NCBI GenBank assembly: GCA_900547975.1
Contig: URIX01000001.1
Span: 16,291-80,290 of the forward strand
Source of the DNA: an uncultured Eubacteriales bacterium
GTDB taxonomy: Bacteria; Bacillota; Clostridia; Christensenellales; CAG-917
Length of the DNA stretch: 64,000 nt
Direction of reading: 5' to 3'
The stretch's first letter is position 1; every line of letters starts with the position of its first letter. A model generated the notes under the pieces. It was not told the DNA's origin. It saw nothing but the letters and a program-made list of their open reading frames with translations, and did no database searches. The position numbers were made by a program, and so were the translations under genes. This document shows, one piece after another, positions 49,493-57,659 of the stretch.

Positions 49493-50494
49493 TTATTCGC
49501 CAACGTTAATTTCCGTTTCGAGTTTTTTCATTGCATTCATAATTTCATCAAAAGTCGGTTTTTCTCCAAACAGCATGTTTTGCATGTGGTCATAATCGGA
49601 GCGAAGTTTTGTCGTATTATAGTCGGGTGGCAACAGCTTCATCGTTCCACGCTTTGCAAGATCGTATCTTGCCCACGGACAACGATAAAACTTGTCCTTA
49701 AATTTCACAACACGTTCCAACAAATCGTTGTCGGCAAGCGCATTATCTTTTACGGGCGATTTCATCATCTTGTACAAGTCGTAGTAATGGCGCGAATACC
49801 TTGAAGGGAACGGGCGATCTTCCGGGCGGAACGCTTCTCTGTGCAAAATGGTAACCTTTTCCCAAAATGTGCGTTCGGGCAAGACGGTCAATACTTCTGT
49901 TGACGATTGCGTAAACACTCTTGCATATAGTTGTGCCGAATAAGGGGTAACGGTTGCTTCTTTTACTGGGGTCCAAGCGGCAAGCGCACCGATTTCAAGT
50001 CGTATTTCTTGCAAAATAGACGAATCGGCAAAACTGTTCGGATAGACGATTTTTATCGTTTGAGGATCGCTATCGTCAATAAAACAGTGGATATTTCGAT
50101 CAAGCTCGGCAGTTAAATCAGCAAGCGTTGCCGGCAAAAATGTATCTCTCAAAAAGACCTCGGCACGAGTGTTGGCTTCTTTGTTGAAAATATCCTGTTT
50201 CGTGTTGCTTCTTTCTTGCCACGGCTCGTCTATTCCGTATCCAAGAACACGCCAATCGAGAATCAAATCGATGTCTTCCGAAAATCTCTCAATAAGTCCG
50301 TACGCTTTTGACAAACTCGTACCGCCCTTGAATGCGATATTGTCTTTCCACGCCGAGCGATGAAAAAGATAATCGAGCATATAACACACCCAAAAATCCT
50401 TTTCTATTATGGCATCTGTCATGCCCATTTTTGCTGCGGTATTATGAAAAAGTGCTTTTCTGTCGTTTTCGTTGATTTTTGCAATGTTTCGCAT
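49493..50494 (-). CDS. abiEii: AbiEii/AbiGii-family nucleotidyltransferase toxin (type IV TA / abortive infection)
   Basis: N-terminus ...DAIIEKDFWVCYMLDYLF...IAFKGGTSLSKAYGLIERFSEDIDL is typical of the family. Confidence 0.8.
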   Translation of the reverse strand: MRNIAKINENDRKALFHNTAAKMGMTDAIIEKDFWVCYMLDYLFHRSAWKDNIAFKGGTSLSKAYGLIERFSEDIDLILDWRVLGYGIDEPWQERSNTKQDIFNKEANTRAEVFLRDTFLPATLADLTAELDRNIHCFIDDSDPQTIKIVYPNSFADSSILQEIRLEIGALAAWTPVKEATVTPYSAQLYARVFTQSSTEVLTVLPERTFWEKVTILHREAFRPEDRPFPSRYSRHYYDLYKMMKSPVKDNALADNDLLERVVKFKDKFYRCPWARYDLAKRGTMKLLPPDYNTTKLRSDYDHMQNMLFGEKPTFDEIMNAMKKLETEINVGE

Positions 50495-50495
50495 T

Positions 50496-51104
50496 TTAAC
50501 CTCTGCAAATTTGTCTTATATATTCATAAATCCAAGACGTTGCTGTTTTTGCTTCCGACATCATTGTTTGTTTCTCATCGACAGTAAGCAATTTGCGCAA
50601 ACTGTCAAGCAGGGCATCGTCTATTTTGTCTTTTCCGAGTGCTTTCAACGCTTGAATAGTGAGAGCCGTTTTGTATGAAAGCTTAGAAACCTCTTTGTTC
50701 GTCGTTCTTTTGAATTGAATTGTCGTGTTGTCGTAGGTGTATTCCTTATATGTGCCGTCGCTGACGTAAACCCACGTTGCCGGAACCTGCGTTGACAATC
50801 CGAGCAAATTCAATGCCGTATCTCCGCACGGAACGATTGTCCAACCATAATTGCGGGCAAGTGCGTGTGCTACGTTATCCGGAATAGGTGCAATGTATTC
50901 CTTCAAGAATTCGTTGTATTCGGGTTTATCGTAAACGCCACGCAAAACTCTTCTAATAATCCCTTCGGATTCAAGACGAGCCAATGCAACGTTTGTGGTG
51001 GTTTTGTCCGTTATATCGGCAAAATCCGCCGCAACAAAAACAGCACCTATTTTTTCAGCTAATATTCTAATTTTTATCGCACCAAGATAGTTAGGTCTAT
51101 TCAT
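50496..51104 (-). CDS. abiEi: AbiEi-like antitoxin (DUF6088-type wHTH protein)
   Basis: About 200 aa. ...NVALARLESEGIIRRVLRGVYDKP... 1-nt gap to the toxin gene. ATG at 51104 after GAGGTGA. Confidence 0.7.
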   Translation of the reverse strand: MNRPNYLGAIKIRILAEKIGAVFVAADFADITDKTTTNVALARLESEGIIRRVLRGVYDKPEYNEFLKEYIAPIPDNVAHALARNYGWTIVPCGDTALNLLGLSTQVPATWVYVSDGTYKEYTYDNTTIQFKRTTNKEVSKLSYKTALTIQALKALGKDKIDDALLDSLRKLLTVDEKQTMMSEAKTATSWIYEYIRQICRG

Positions 51105-51238
51105 CACTTCACCTCGTTAGGAATAGTATACACTTTTTCTAACCGAAAATCAAGATATTATGACACCAAAAATTAAATTTTTTTCGCTAATTTTTAGATT
51201 AAAAACAAAGAAACAGAACAAAAAACTTCAAATGGCAC

Positions 51239-51300
51239 TTTGGCGGGTGCTTGACTAATACAAGCGCGACGCTTCGCGTCGCGGTCAAGCACCCGCCAAA
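51239..51300. other. GC-rich 17+8 bp compound hairpin/cruciform
   Basis: tttggcgggtgcttgac ... gtcaagcacccgccaaa (perfect), with inner cgcgacgc-ttc-gcgtcgcg. Confidence 0.85.
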
Positions 51301-51347
51301 CAACTCGCTTAAACTCGGATAAAAAGGTCAACTCAAAGCCGAGCGAA

Positions 51348-51388
51348 ACGGGGCGTTCGCCGCTAAACCGCTTGGCGAATCGCCCCGT
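51348..51388. other. Second hairpin, about 14 bp with one bulge
   Basis: acggggcgttcgcc ... ggcgaatcgccccgt. Confidence 0.75.
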
Positions 51389-51465
51389 AATTCTTCGCAC
51401 GGCGGCATATTTTGAGTTTTTATTCCTTTTATATCTTCCAAGTATTTTCGCTCCGTTTTGTTTCG

Positions 51466-51493
51466 GGCGGCGTTTGTTGCGCCGTCTTTTTTT
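51466..51493 (+). terminator. Terminator-like hairpin plus T7 run
   Basis: ggcggcg/cgccgtc (one G-U pair), loop tttgttg, then ttttttt. Confidence 0.55.
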
Positions 51494-51505
51494 GTTGCCT
51501 AAAAT

Positions 51506-51595
51506 CCATTTTGCAGCCATTCCGCAGTCATTTTTCTTCTTTACAAAAACCATTGTAAATGGAAATTTTCCATTGAAACTACATTTTGAGCCATT
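51506..51595. repeat. Five CCATT repeats roughly in helical phase (iteron-like)
   Basis: CCATT at 51506, 51517, 51550, 51570 and 51591 (spacings 11, 33, 20, 21). One sits in the palindrome ccatt-gta-aatgg. Confidence 0.6.
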
Positions 51596-51744
51596 CACGC
51601 TTTTTCTGTGGAGTGTTGTAAGATTGAATTGTGCAAAGAGATTGCAAAAACTTTTGTATTTCTTTCAAGGAATTATTTCGAAGTCGCAAAAAACTTGCGA
51701 GTTCGGGTAATAAAATCTATTTCAAAAAAAAGGAGGACGGAAAA

Positions 51745-51897
51745 ATGCTGCAAACAAACCTAAAAGTCGTAGCCGTCGGCGAGCCGAATATCGAGGCGTT
51801 GACCGACGGCGAAAAACGCACTTTCTTTGAAAGTATCTTTTCAAGGATAGTCGAACTGCACCAACAAACGCAAACCGAAAACAAAAACGAAACCTGA
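51745..51897 (+). CDS. Small hypothetical protein, 50 aa
   Basis: Strong RBS AAAGGAGGA 7 nt upstream of the ATG. Confidence 0.5.
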   Translation: MLQTNLKVVAVGEPNIEALTDGEKRTFFESIFSRIVELHQQTQTENKNET

Positions 51898-52085
51898 CTT
51901 AAAAGCCGAAAAATTACGCAAAAAAACTAAATAAACTAAACCGAGTAAATAGAAAAATATTAAATTAGAAAATAACGCTAAAAAGCGATAACATAAACAA
52001 AATGAAAGGAACTGAACGGAAATCTATTTATGACTTAAACTAACCGAATTAAACTGAATTGAATTGTAATAAAACCGAACTGTAA

Positions 52086-52133
52086 ACGGCAGAGTATGAA
52101 ATTGTATGGTGTTTCGTATTCTGCCGTTTTTTA
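52086..52133 (+). terminator. Intrinsic terminator/attenuator about 50 nt upstream of the rep start
   Basis: acggcagagta / tattctgccgt 11-bp stem (one G-U pair), 20-nt loop, then tttttt. Confidence 0.6.
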
Positions 52134-52180
52134 TTTTCTTTCGCCATACAAAAAAATCTAAATCACAAGGAGTAAAAACT

Positions 52181-53095
52181 ATGAACTACGCAAATATGAA
52201 AATCTACTTTGACGGCGGTCATTACGTCGGAATACCGCAAGGAGCGTTTCCGAGCGGAAAAGGCTGTAAAAGGCGCGCCGTTAAACCTATGAAACAACAA
52301 TCGACGGCAGACGTAACGCCGCCCGAAACCCCGAAAGAACGCTTTGAAACGGCATATAAAGAGAGCCAATCTCTACCGAAGCGAGAACGCAAGGCGCATA
52401 TAAAAGCCGCTATGCAAGACGATTTCAAGGATAAAGCCGAATTGAACGCTTTTGTCGAGAAAAACACCGAACGAATGAAAACCAACGCCATTAAGCGCAA
52501 AGTAAGGCTTATGCGAAAATTGCGTTTGCAGGATTGGAATTTTTTCGTAACTTTTACCTACTCGAATGAACTTCACACCGAAGAAACGTTCCGCAAAAAG
52601 TTGACTAACACCTTAAAACACCTTGTTGCGAGAAACGGTTGGAAATATGTGGGAATATGGGAGCGCGGCGAAGATACGAACAGACTACATTTTCACGGTA
52701 TTTTCTATATTCCCGACGGCAAAATGATAGGAAAACTCGAAGAAGTAAAAGACTACGACACGCGAAACCACCGTATGCAAACGACATACCAAAACACGCA
52801 TTTTCTGAAACAGTTCGGGCGTAACGACTTCAAGGATATTGCCACACAGGACGATATTTCCGAGGCGGCGAAATACATAACGAAGTATATGGAGAAGTCC
52901 GGCGAGCGTTTAGTCTACGGCGGAAAATTGCCGACTTACTTCCGCTCGGACGTTTTGGACGAAGATGTTATATGCTCTTTCGGAGTTGACGACCGAAAAG
53001 TATTGCTTTTCGATAATTTTACCTGTATCAACGAGGGCGAAATTCTCGGAAAGGTAAGCAAAGAAATTATAGCGCAGTTGCCGCATTGCAACTAA
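52181..53095 (+). CDS. Rolling-circle replication initiator (HUH endonuclease superfamily)
   Basis: Motif 1 FVTFTY, motif 2 LHFHGIFY (HUH), motif 3 EAAKYITKYMEK. ATG at 52181 follows AAGGAG. Confidence 0.75.
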   Translation: MNYANMKIYFDGGHYVGIPQGAFPSGKGCKRRAVKPMKQQSTADVTPPETPKERFETAYKESQSLPKRERKAHIKAAMQDDFKDKAELNAFVEKNTERMKTNAIKRKVRLMRKLRLQDWNFFVTFTYSNELHTEETFRKKLTNTLKHLVARNGWKYVGIWERGEDTNRLHFHGIFYIPDGKMIGKLEEVKDYDTRNHRMQTTYQNTHFLKQFGRNDFKDIATQDDISEAAKYITKYMEKSGERLVYGGKLPTYFRSDVLDEDVICSFGVDDRKVLLFDNFTCINEGEILGKVSKEIIAQLPHCN

Positions 53096-53098
53096 TTA

Positions 53099-53248
53099 GT
53101 CTTTCGGATCGGGAAAGGTTAAACGAAAACGACTTTTTCGTCAAGGGTAAAATGCATTGCTTGGCGCAACCCTTGACGAGAAAAGCCGTAAGCCATAAAA
53201 GAAAACAATTTTAATTCGTTTCCGTTTTCTCCGTTCCCGTCGAAAGAC
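53099..53248. other. Nested inverted repeats between rep and recombinase A
   Basis: Outer arms gtctttcggatcgggaa / ttcccgtcgaaagac. Inner perfect arms cgtcaagggt / acccttgacg with a 20-nt loop. Confidence 0.7.
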
Positions 53249-53282
53249 AAATCTAAAAATAAAATTAAAGGAGTAACAAATT

Positions 53283-54782
53283 TTGAAAACTGGAGTTATT
53301 TACGCTCGTTATTCGAGCGACACTCAAACGGAACAGTCCATAGAGGGACAACTCCGTGTATGCAACGAGTATGCGAAAAACAACGACATACTCATTTTAA
53401 GAACTTATATAGACCGTGCTATGACGGGTACTAACGACAATCGTCCCGACTTCCGTCAGATGATTGAAGATAGCAAAAAACACGATTTCAATGTCGTACT
53501 CGTTTACAAATTCGACAGGTTTTCGCGCAATAAATACGAAACCACGAAACACAAGAAAACGCTTAAAGATAACGGCGTTAAAGTCGTTTCCGCTACCGAA
53601 TATATTCCCGATAGTCCCGAGGCGATTATACTCGAAAGTATGATTGAGGGCTATGCCGAATATTACTCTGCCGAACTTTCTCAAAAGGTAAAACGCGGTA
53701 TGAACGAAACAAGACAAAAAGGCAACTTTACGGGCGGAACTGTCATTTACGGCTATAAAGTAGAAAACCACAAAGTCGTGATTGACGAAGAAAAAGCCGA
53801 AGTCGTAAGGTTTATTTACGACCAATATGCGCAAGGTGTTTACGTTAAAGACATAATAAAAACGCTTACCGAAAGAGGTATTTTCAATCGCGGTAAAAAA
53901 TTTGCGAGAAATACCGTCTACAATATACTCAAAAACGAAAAGTATTCGGGTATATACAGACACGGTAACGAAGTTTTTACAAATATGTATCCGCAAATCG
54001 TGCCGACAGAGATTTACGAAAACGTAAGACGAAAGACCGAAACCAACAAATACGGAACTCGTAGCGTTGAAGTCGTGTATCTTCTACGCAACAAAATTAA
54101 ATGCGGCTACTGCGGTAGTCCTATTTCTGCCGAGTGCGGAACGGCTAAAAACGGACAGAAAATACGCTATTACAAATGTTTGGGACGAAAACACCAAAGC
54201 GGTTGCAAAAAATCCCAAGTCAGGAAAGAAATACTCGAAAAATATGTACTTGACAACGTATGCGAACAAATGCAACGCCCCGAAATATTAGATAAAATGG
54301 CGACGTATTTACTGCAAGTGCAGGAAAACCGAATAAAACAAAACTCGGTTCTGACTAATCTAATAAAAGAGAAACGCCAAACCGAGAATACGATAAACAA
54401 CATTATGCAAGCCATAGAGCAAGGCGGACAAAGCGCAACGGTAATGAAACGTATGCGAGAACTTGAAAAAAAACTGACCGACATCGAGAAGCGATTGACG
54501 ATTGAAAAATCTCAAACGGCGTTCAGGCTTTCCAAAGAGCAAATAATCGATTATTACAAATCTGCGCTTGAAAAAGAGCCGCTACAACTGATAAATTACT
54601 TCATAAAAGAAATTCAGTTGTATGACGACAAAATGATAATTATCTACAACACCCCAAAGACGATAAACCTTGACGAAAGTCAGGGTTTTTCTTTTTACGA
54701 CAAAAACGTTAAAATGCCGTATGTGATACAAAACAGAGAGTATTACGGACTTAAAGATTTCAGACTTATAATGCGTATCTGA
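53283..54782 (+). CDS. Large serine recombinase A (499 aa)
   Basis: IYARYSSDTQTEQSIEGQ catalytic-Ser N-terminus. Zinc-ribbon CGYCGSP...YYKC. Coiled-coil C-terminus. TTG start after AAAGGAG. Confidence 0.9.
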   Translation: MKTGVIYARYSSDTQTEQSIEGQLRVCNEYAKNNDILILRTYIDRAMTGTNDNRPDFRQMIEDSKKHDFNVVLVYKFDRFSRNKYETTKHKKTLKDNGVKVVSATEYIPDSPEAIILESMIEGYAEYYSAELSQKVKRGMNETRQKGNFTGGTVIYGYKVENHKVVIDEEKAEVVRFIYDQYAQGVYVKDIIKTLTERGIFNRGKKFARNTVYNILKNEKYSGIYRHGNEVFTNMYPQIVPTEIYENVRRKTETNKYGTRSVEVVYLLRNKIKCGYCGSPISAECGTAKNGQKIRYYKCLGRKHQSGCKKSQVRKEILEKYVLDNVCEQMQRPEILDKMATYLLQVQENRIKQNSVLTNLIKEKRQTENTINNIMQAIEQGGQSATVMKRMRELEKKLTDIEKRLTIEKSQTAFRLSKEQIIDYYKSALEKEPLQLINYFIKEIQLYDDKMIIIYNTPKTINLDESQGFSFYDKNVKMPYVIQNREYYGLKDFRLIMRI

Positions 54783-54810
54783 CAATAACGCAGACGATTT
54801 ATTCCACGGT

Positions 54811-54935
54811 GTTCTTGACGTGAGCCTCTCAGGAGCGTGTCGATAGGCAAATAAACCGCCAACCGACAGCCCCGAGGGGCTTTTCGTTTGCCTTTGGCAA
54901 GATAGCCTGACACACTCCTTTCTCACGTCAAGAAC
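54811..54935. other. 125-nt nested imperfect palindrome immediately 3' of recombinase A
   Basis: gttcttgacgtgag/ctcacgtcaagaac (14 bp perfect), aggagcgtgtc/gacacactcct (10 of 11), aggcaaa/tttgcct, apical agcccc-gag-gggct. Confidence 0.8.
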
Positions 54936-55259
54936 CTTTCGCGGCATAAAACCGTCTGCAACTGCTACGGATAAAGCGATACGAACACACCATACGAACA
55001 CCGAAAAAGATAAAACGACGGCACATAGACAACCGAAAAACGCAGTTAAAACCTGAATTTTTGCAAAAGAAAAACCTAAACCAAACACTTTCGTATTCGA
55101 TTTAGGTTTTGATTGGCGGACATTTTTTAATCCCAACTGAACACCCTAAAATTGCTTGTGTAATATATACTTCGTATATATTAAGTTGTTTTTTTTATTT
55201 GTGAATTTTTACAAAAGTGTACATTTTTATTCAAAAACCTAGATTATAATTCGAAACCA

Positions 55260-56804
55260 TCATATAAACAAAATTATCTCATAATCGGTAACAATTGGCT
55301 CTTTTCCTATTTTGTGTTGGTCTATGGTTATGCGCTGATTAAATGAGTAAAAAGAAAAGGCCTGATGCAGTTCGTCATCAGGTCTTTTCCCATCGGTATA
55401 ATTGAAGTGAATTTCTATCTTATCGTTATATAGCACAACTTGTTTTATTAGCAGTTGTATCATTTGCAGCGGTCGCTTTTTTACTGCGGATTGTAGGTAT
55501 TTTACTATATCGTGTTTCTGTATTATCAAATTAGATTTTAGTTTCTCGACGGCAATCTTATTGATTAGCTCCGCCTTTTCAGCCTCTAATGCATTCAGTC
55601 GTTCTTTTGTTGTTTGACTGATGATGCCTTGCTCCATTGCCGCTATCAAATTGTCTATGGACGATTTCTTCTCTGCTAATCTTTCTTCCAAGATATGTAG
55701 GATTGATTGGTCGTCCATTCGCTTTTGATGCGCGCCCATTATTCGCTCGGCTATATCTTCTATTAAATCCGGCGTTGCCAGGGCTTTGTATGTTGCATCT
55801 ATTACAACTTTTTCCAAAACTTCTTTTCGTATCGGCGTGCTTTGACAATTCTTCCCTTTCCGCCGCCCCGAACATTTGTAATATCTCATAATTACGCCAC
55901 TTTTCGAAGTGCCGGAATCGGAGTTTATTGGACTTCCGCAATAACCGCACGTAACTTTGAATTTCAATAGATATTCAACATTAGGTTTGTGCTTTCCGTA
56001 TTTGTTGTTTTCAATTCTCGCTCTAACAATATCGTATGTCGTTTGAGAAATTATCGGAGGATAAATATTCGTAAACACTTCATCGCCGTGTCTAAAAATG
56101 CCTGCATACTTTTCGTTTTTCAAAAGAAAGTAAACCGTGTTCCTTGCAAATGGTTGTCCTCTATTCTCAATTCCTTTCTCGTGCAACTCGTCAATAATAT
56201 CAGTTACAAGACGTCCTGCTGCATAATCTTCAAAAATCTTTCTGACAATAACCGCTTGGTCTTCGTTGATTTGCACCTTTCGCCCAGTCTTTCTATCTCC
56301 CGTCACGCAATATCCGAATGGTATATATCCACCTGTAAAATTGCCTTTTTGACGGCTTTCATTCATCCCGCGTTTGACCTTTTGTGATAACTCTGCCGAA
56401 TAATACTCTGCCATACCGACATACATATTCTCAAGAATAATTCCGTCAAGGTTTTGAGAACCGTCTATATTTCGCGACGTTCGTTGTGTTGCAGAAATGA
56501 CAATCTTACCTGTCTTTTGCAACTTGAATTTGTTGATTGCTTGTTCAATAGAATTCCTTCCGAAACGGTCTAATGCATATACAAGGCAAATATCCCATTC
56601 TTTTGTCTTTTCACTGTCCGAAAGCATTTGCTGGAATTCTTTTCTTAAATCGTTTGTGCCTGTCATTGCGCGGTCTATATATTCATGCACTACAATCAGG
56701 TCGTTGTTTTTTGCAAACTCATAACAAACTCGAAGCTGACCTTCGATAGATTGTTCAGTTTGTCGTTCGCTCGAGTATCGAGCATAAATTACACATTGCT
56801 TCAT
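55260..56804 (-). CDS. Large serine recombinase B (514 aa), paralogue of A
   Basis: IYARYSSERQTEQSIEGQ..., CGYCGSP...YYKC. Alignable with A over its full length, roughly half identical by eye. Confidence 0.9.
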   Translation of the reverse strand: MKQCVIYARYSSERQTEQSIEGQLRVCYEFAKNNDLIVVHEYIDRAMTGTNDLRKEFQQMLSDSEKTKEWDICLVYALDRFGRNSIEQAINKFKLQKTGKIVISATQRTSRNIDGSQNLDGIILENMYVGMAEYYSAELSQKVKRGMNESRQKGNFTGGYIPFGYCVTGDRKTGRKVQINEDQAVIVRKIFEDYAAGRLVTDIIDELHEKGIENRGQPFARNTVYFLLKNEKYAGIFRHGDEVFTNIYPPIISQTTYDIVRARIENNKYGKHKPNVEYLLKFKVTCGYCGSPINSDSGTSKSGVIMRYYKCSGRRKGKNCQSTPIRKEVLEKVVIDATYKALATPDLIEDIAERIMGAHQKRMDDQSILHILEERLAEKKSSIDNLIAAMEQGIISQTTKERLNALEAEKAELINKIAVEKLKSNLIIQKHDIVKYLQSAVKKRPLQMIQLLIKQVVLYNDKIEIHFNYTDGKRPDDELHQAFSFYSFNQRITIDQHKIGKEPIVTDYEIILFI

Positions 56805-56895
56805 CTTATTACCTCCTTTTTCGCAATTTGTGATTCAAGTATAGGGTGTTCAAATCTCAAAAGGTAGGACATCTGTCGAGTCGTTTTGTACCGAG

Positions 56896-56911
56896 TTTGT
56901 GTCGACACAAA
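56896..56911. promoter_or_regulatory. 16-bp perfect palindrome upstream of recombinase B
   Basis: tttgtgtcgacacaaa, about 90 nt upstream of the start at 56804. Confidence 0.35.
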
Positions 56912-57328
56912 TTTGCATCGAAATTCTCTTGAACCAGTTTTGAAACGATAACGTGACATAATTGAAACACTCCTTTATCGAGTTGTCTTTTTCTTTCGAC
57001 ACCCCGAAAGAATCAGAAAAGCGACGCATCGTCAAGGAACAGAAAAAAAATTGCGTAGATTGTAATTATTTTCCATTCTTATGCAATATTTTTTCCATTG
57101 ACGAAAGGAGTTTTCCTGATAAACTCCCACCCTACTCAAAAAGAGAAAGAAAAGACATATCACATTGATGTTTCATCATTGTTTTGTTACGGATTTGTAG
57201 CGATTTCGTCACAGTTTTGTCATACATATTTTTGTGTTTCAAAGACGACCTTTGTTGCTTTATAATGTTCTTCTTTTTTGCGGCCACAAGGATTATCGTT
57301 AAGTTAGAAAAAACAACGGAGGTGTGAT

Positions 57329-57526
57329 ATGCGGGAAATCGTACTTGAAGATAATCCGAGTAAACGACAAATATTTGTAGATGATAACAAACCGGATTTC
57401 TCTCATTTATCTAATAAAGATATAGATTTATATATATCCTTATTAGAAATAGAAATGTATGAGCATTTCAAGAATCGTCGCAAAAGAAAGCCGAGAGATC
57501 AACCTGAAAATAAAAAAATCTCCTAA
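57329..57526 (+). CDS. Hypothetical protein, 65 aa
   Basis: GGAGGTG RBS and a basic C-terminus. Confidence 0.5.
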   Translation: MREIVLEDNPSKRQIFVDDNKPDFSHLSNKDIDLYISLLEIEMYEHFKNRRKRKPRDQPENKKIS

Positions 57527-57582
57527 TGTGTACCATAAATGTCGCATAACGATTAATGCCAAAAATTTCTTATGAAAACCCG

Positions 57583-57646
57583 TTGACTTTTGTTTTTGAA
57601 TGACTATAATGAAAATTACAAAACGCAATAAATATTGCATATTGTA
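57583..57646 (+). promoter_or_regulatory. Promoter TTGACT-16-TATAAT plus a 30-bp palindromic operator candidate
   Basis: -35 at 57583-57588 and -10 at 57605-57610. TACAA..GCAATA-aa-TATTGC..TTGTA spans 57617-57646 with core 57625-57638. Confidence 0.55.
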
Positions 57647-57659
57647 AAAGGGGTATACA

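Noticed and set aside
51194-51710. ORFs 51194..51598 (-) and 51372..51710 (+) as island genes.
   Set aside because: They overlap each other and the hairpin/iteron region. They have no RBS, and the translations are Arg/Lys-rich or Phe/Leu-rich without motifs.
54582-55136. ORF 54582..55136 (-) between the recombinases.
   Set aside because: It overlaps the 3' end of recombinase A antisense, runs through the large palindrome, and has no RBS or motifs.
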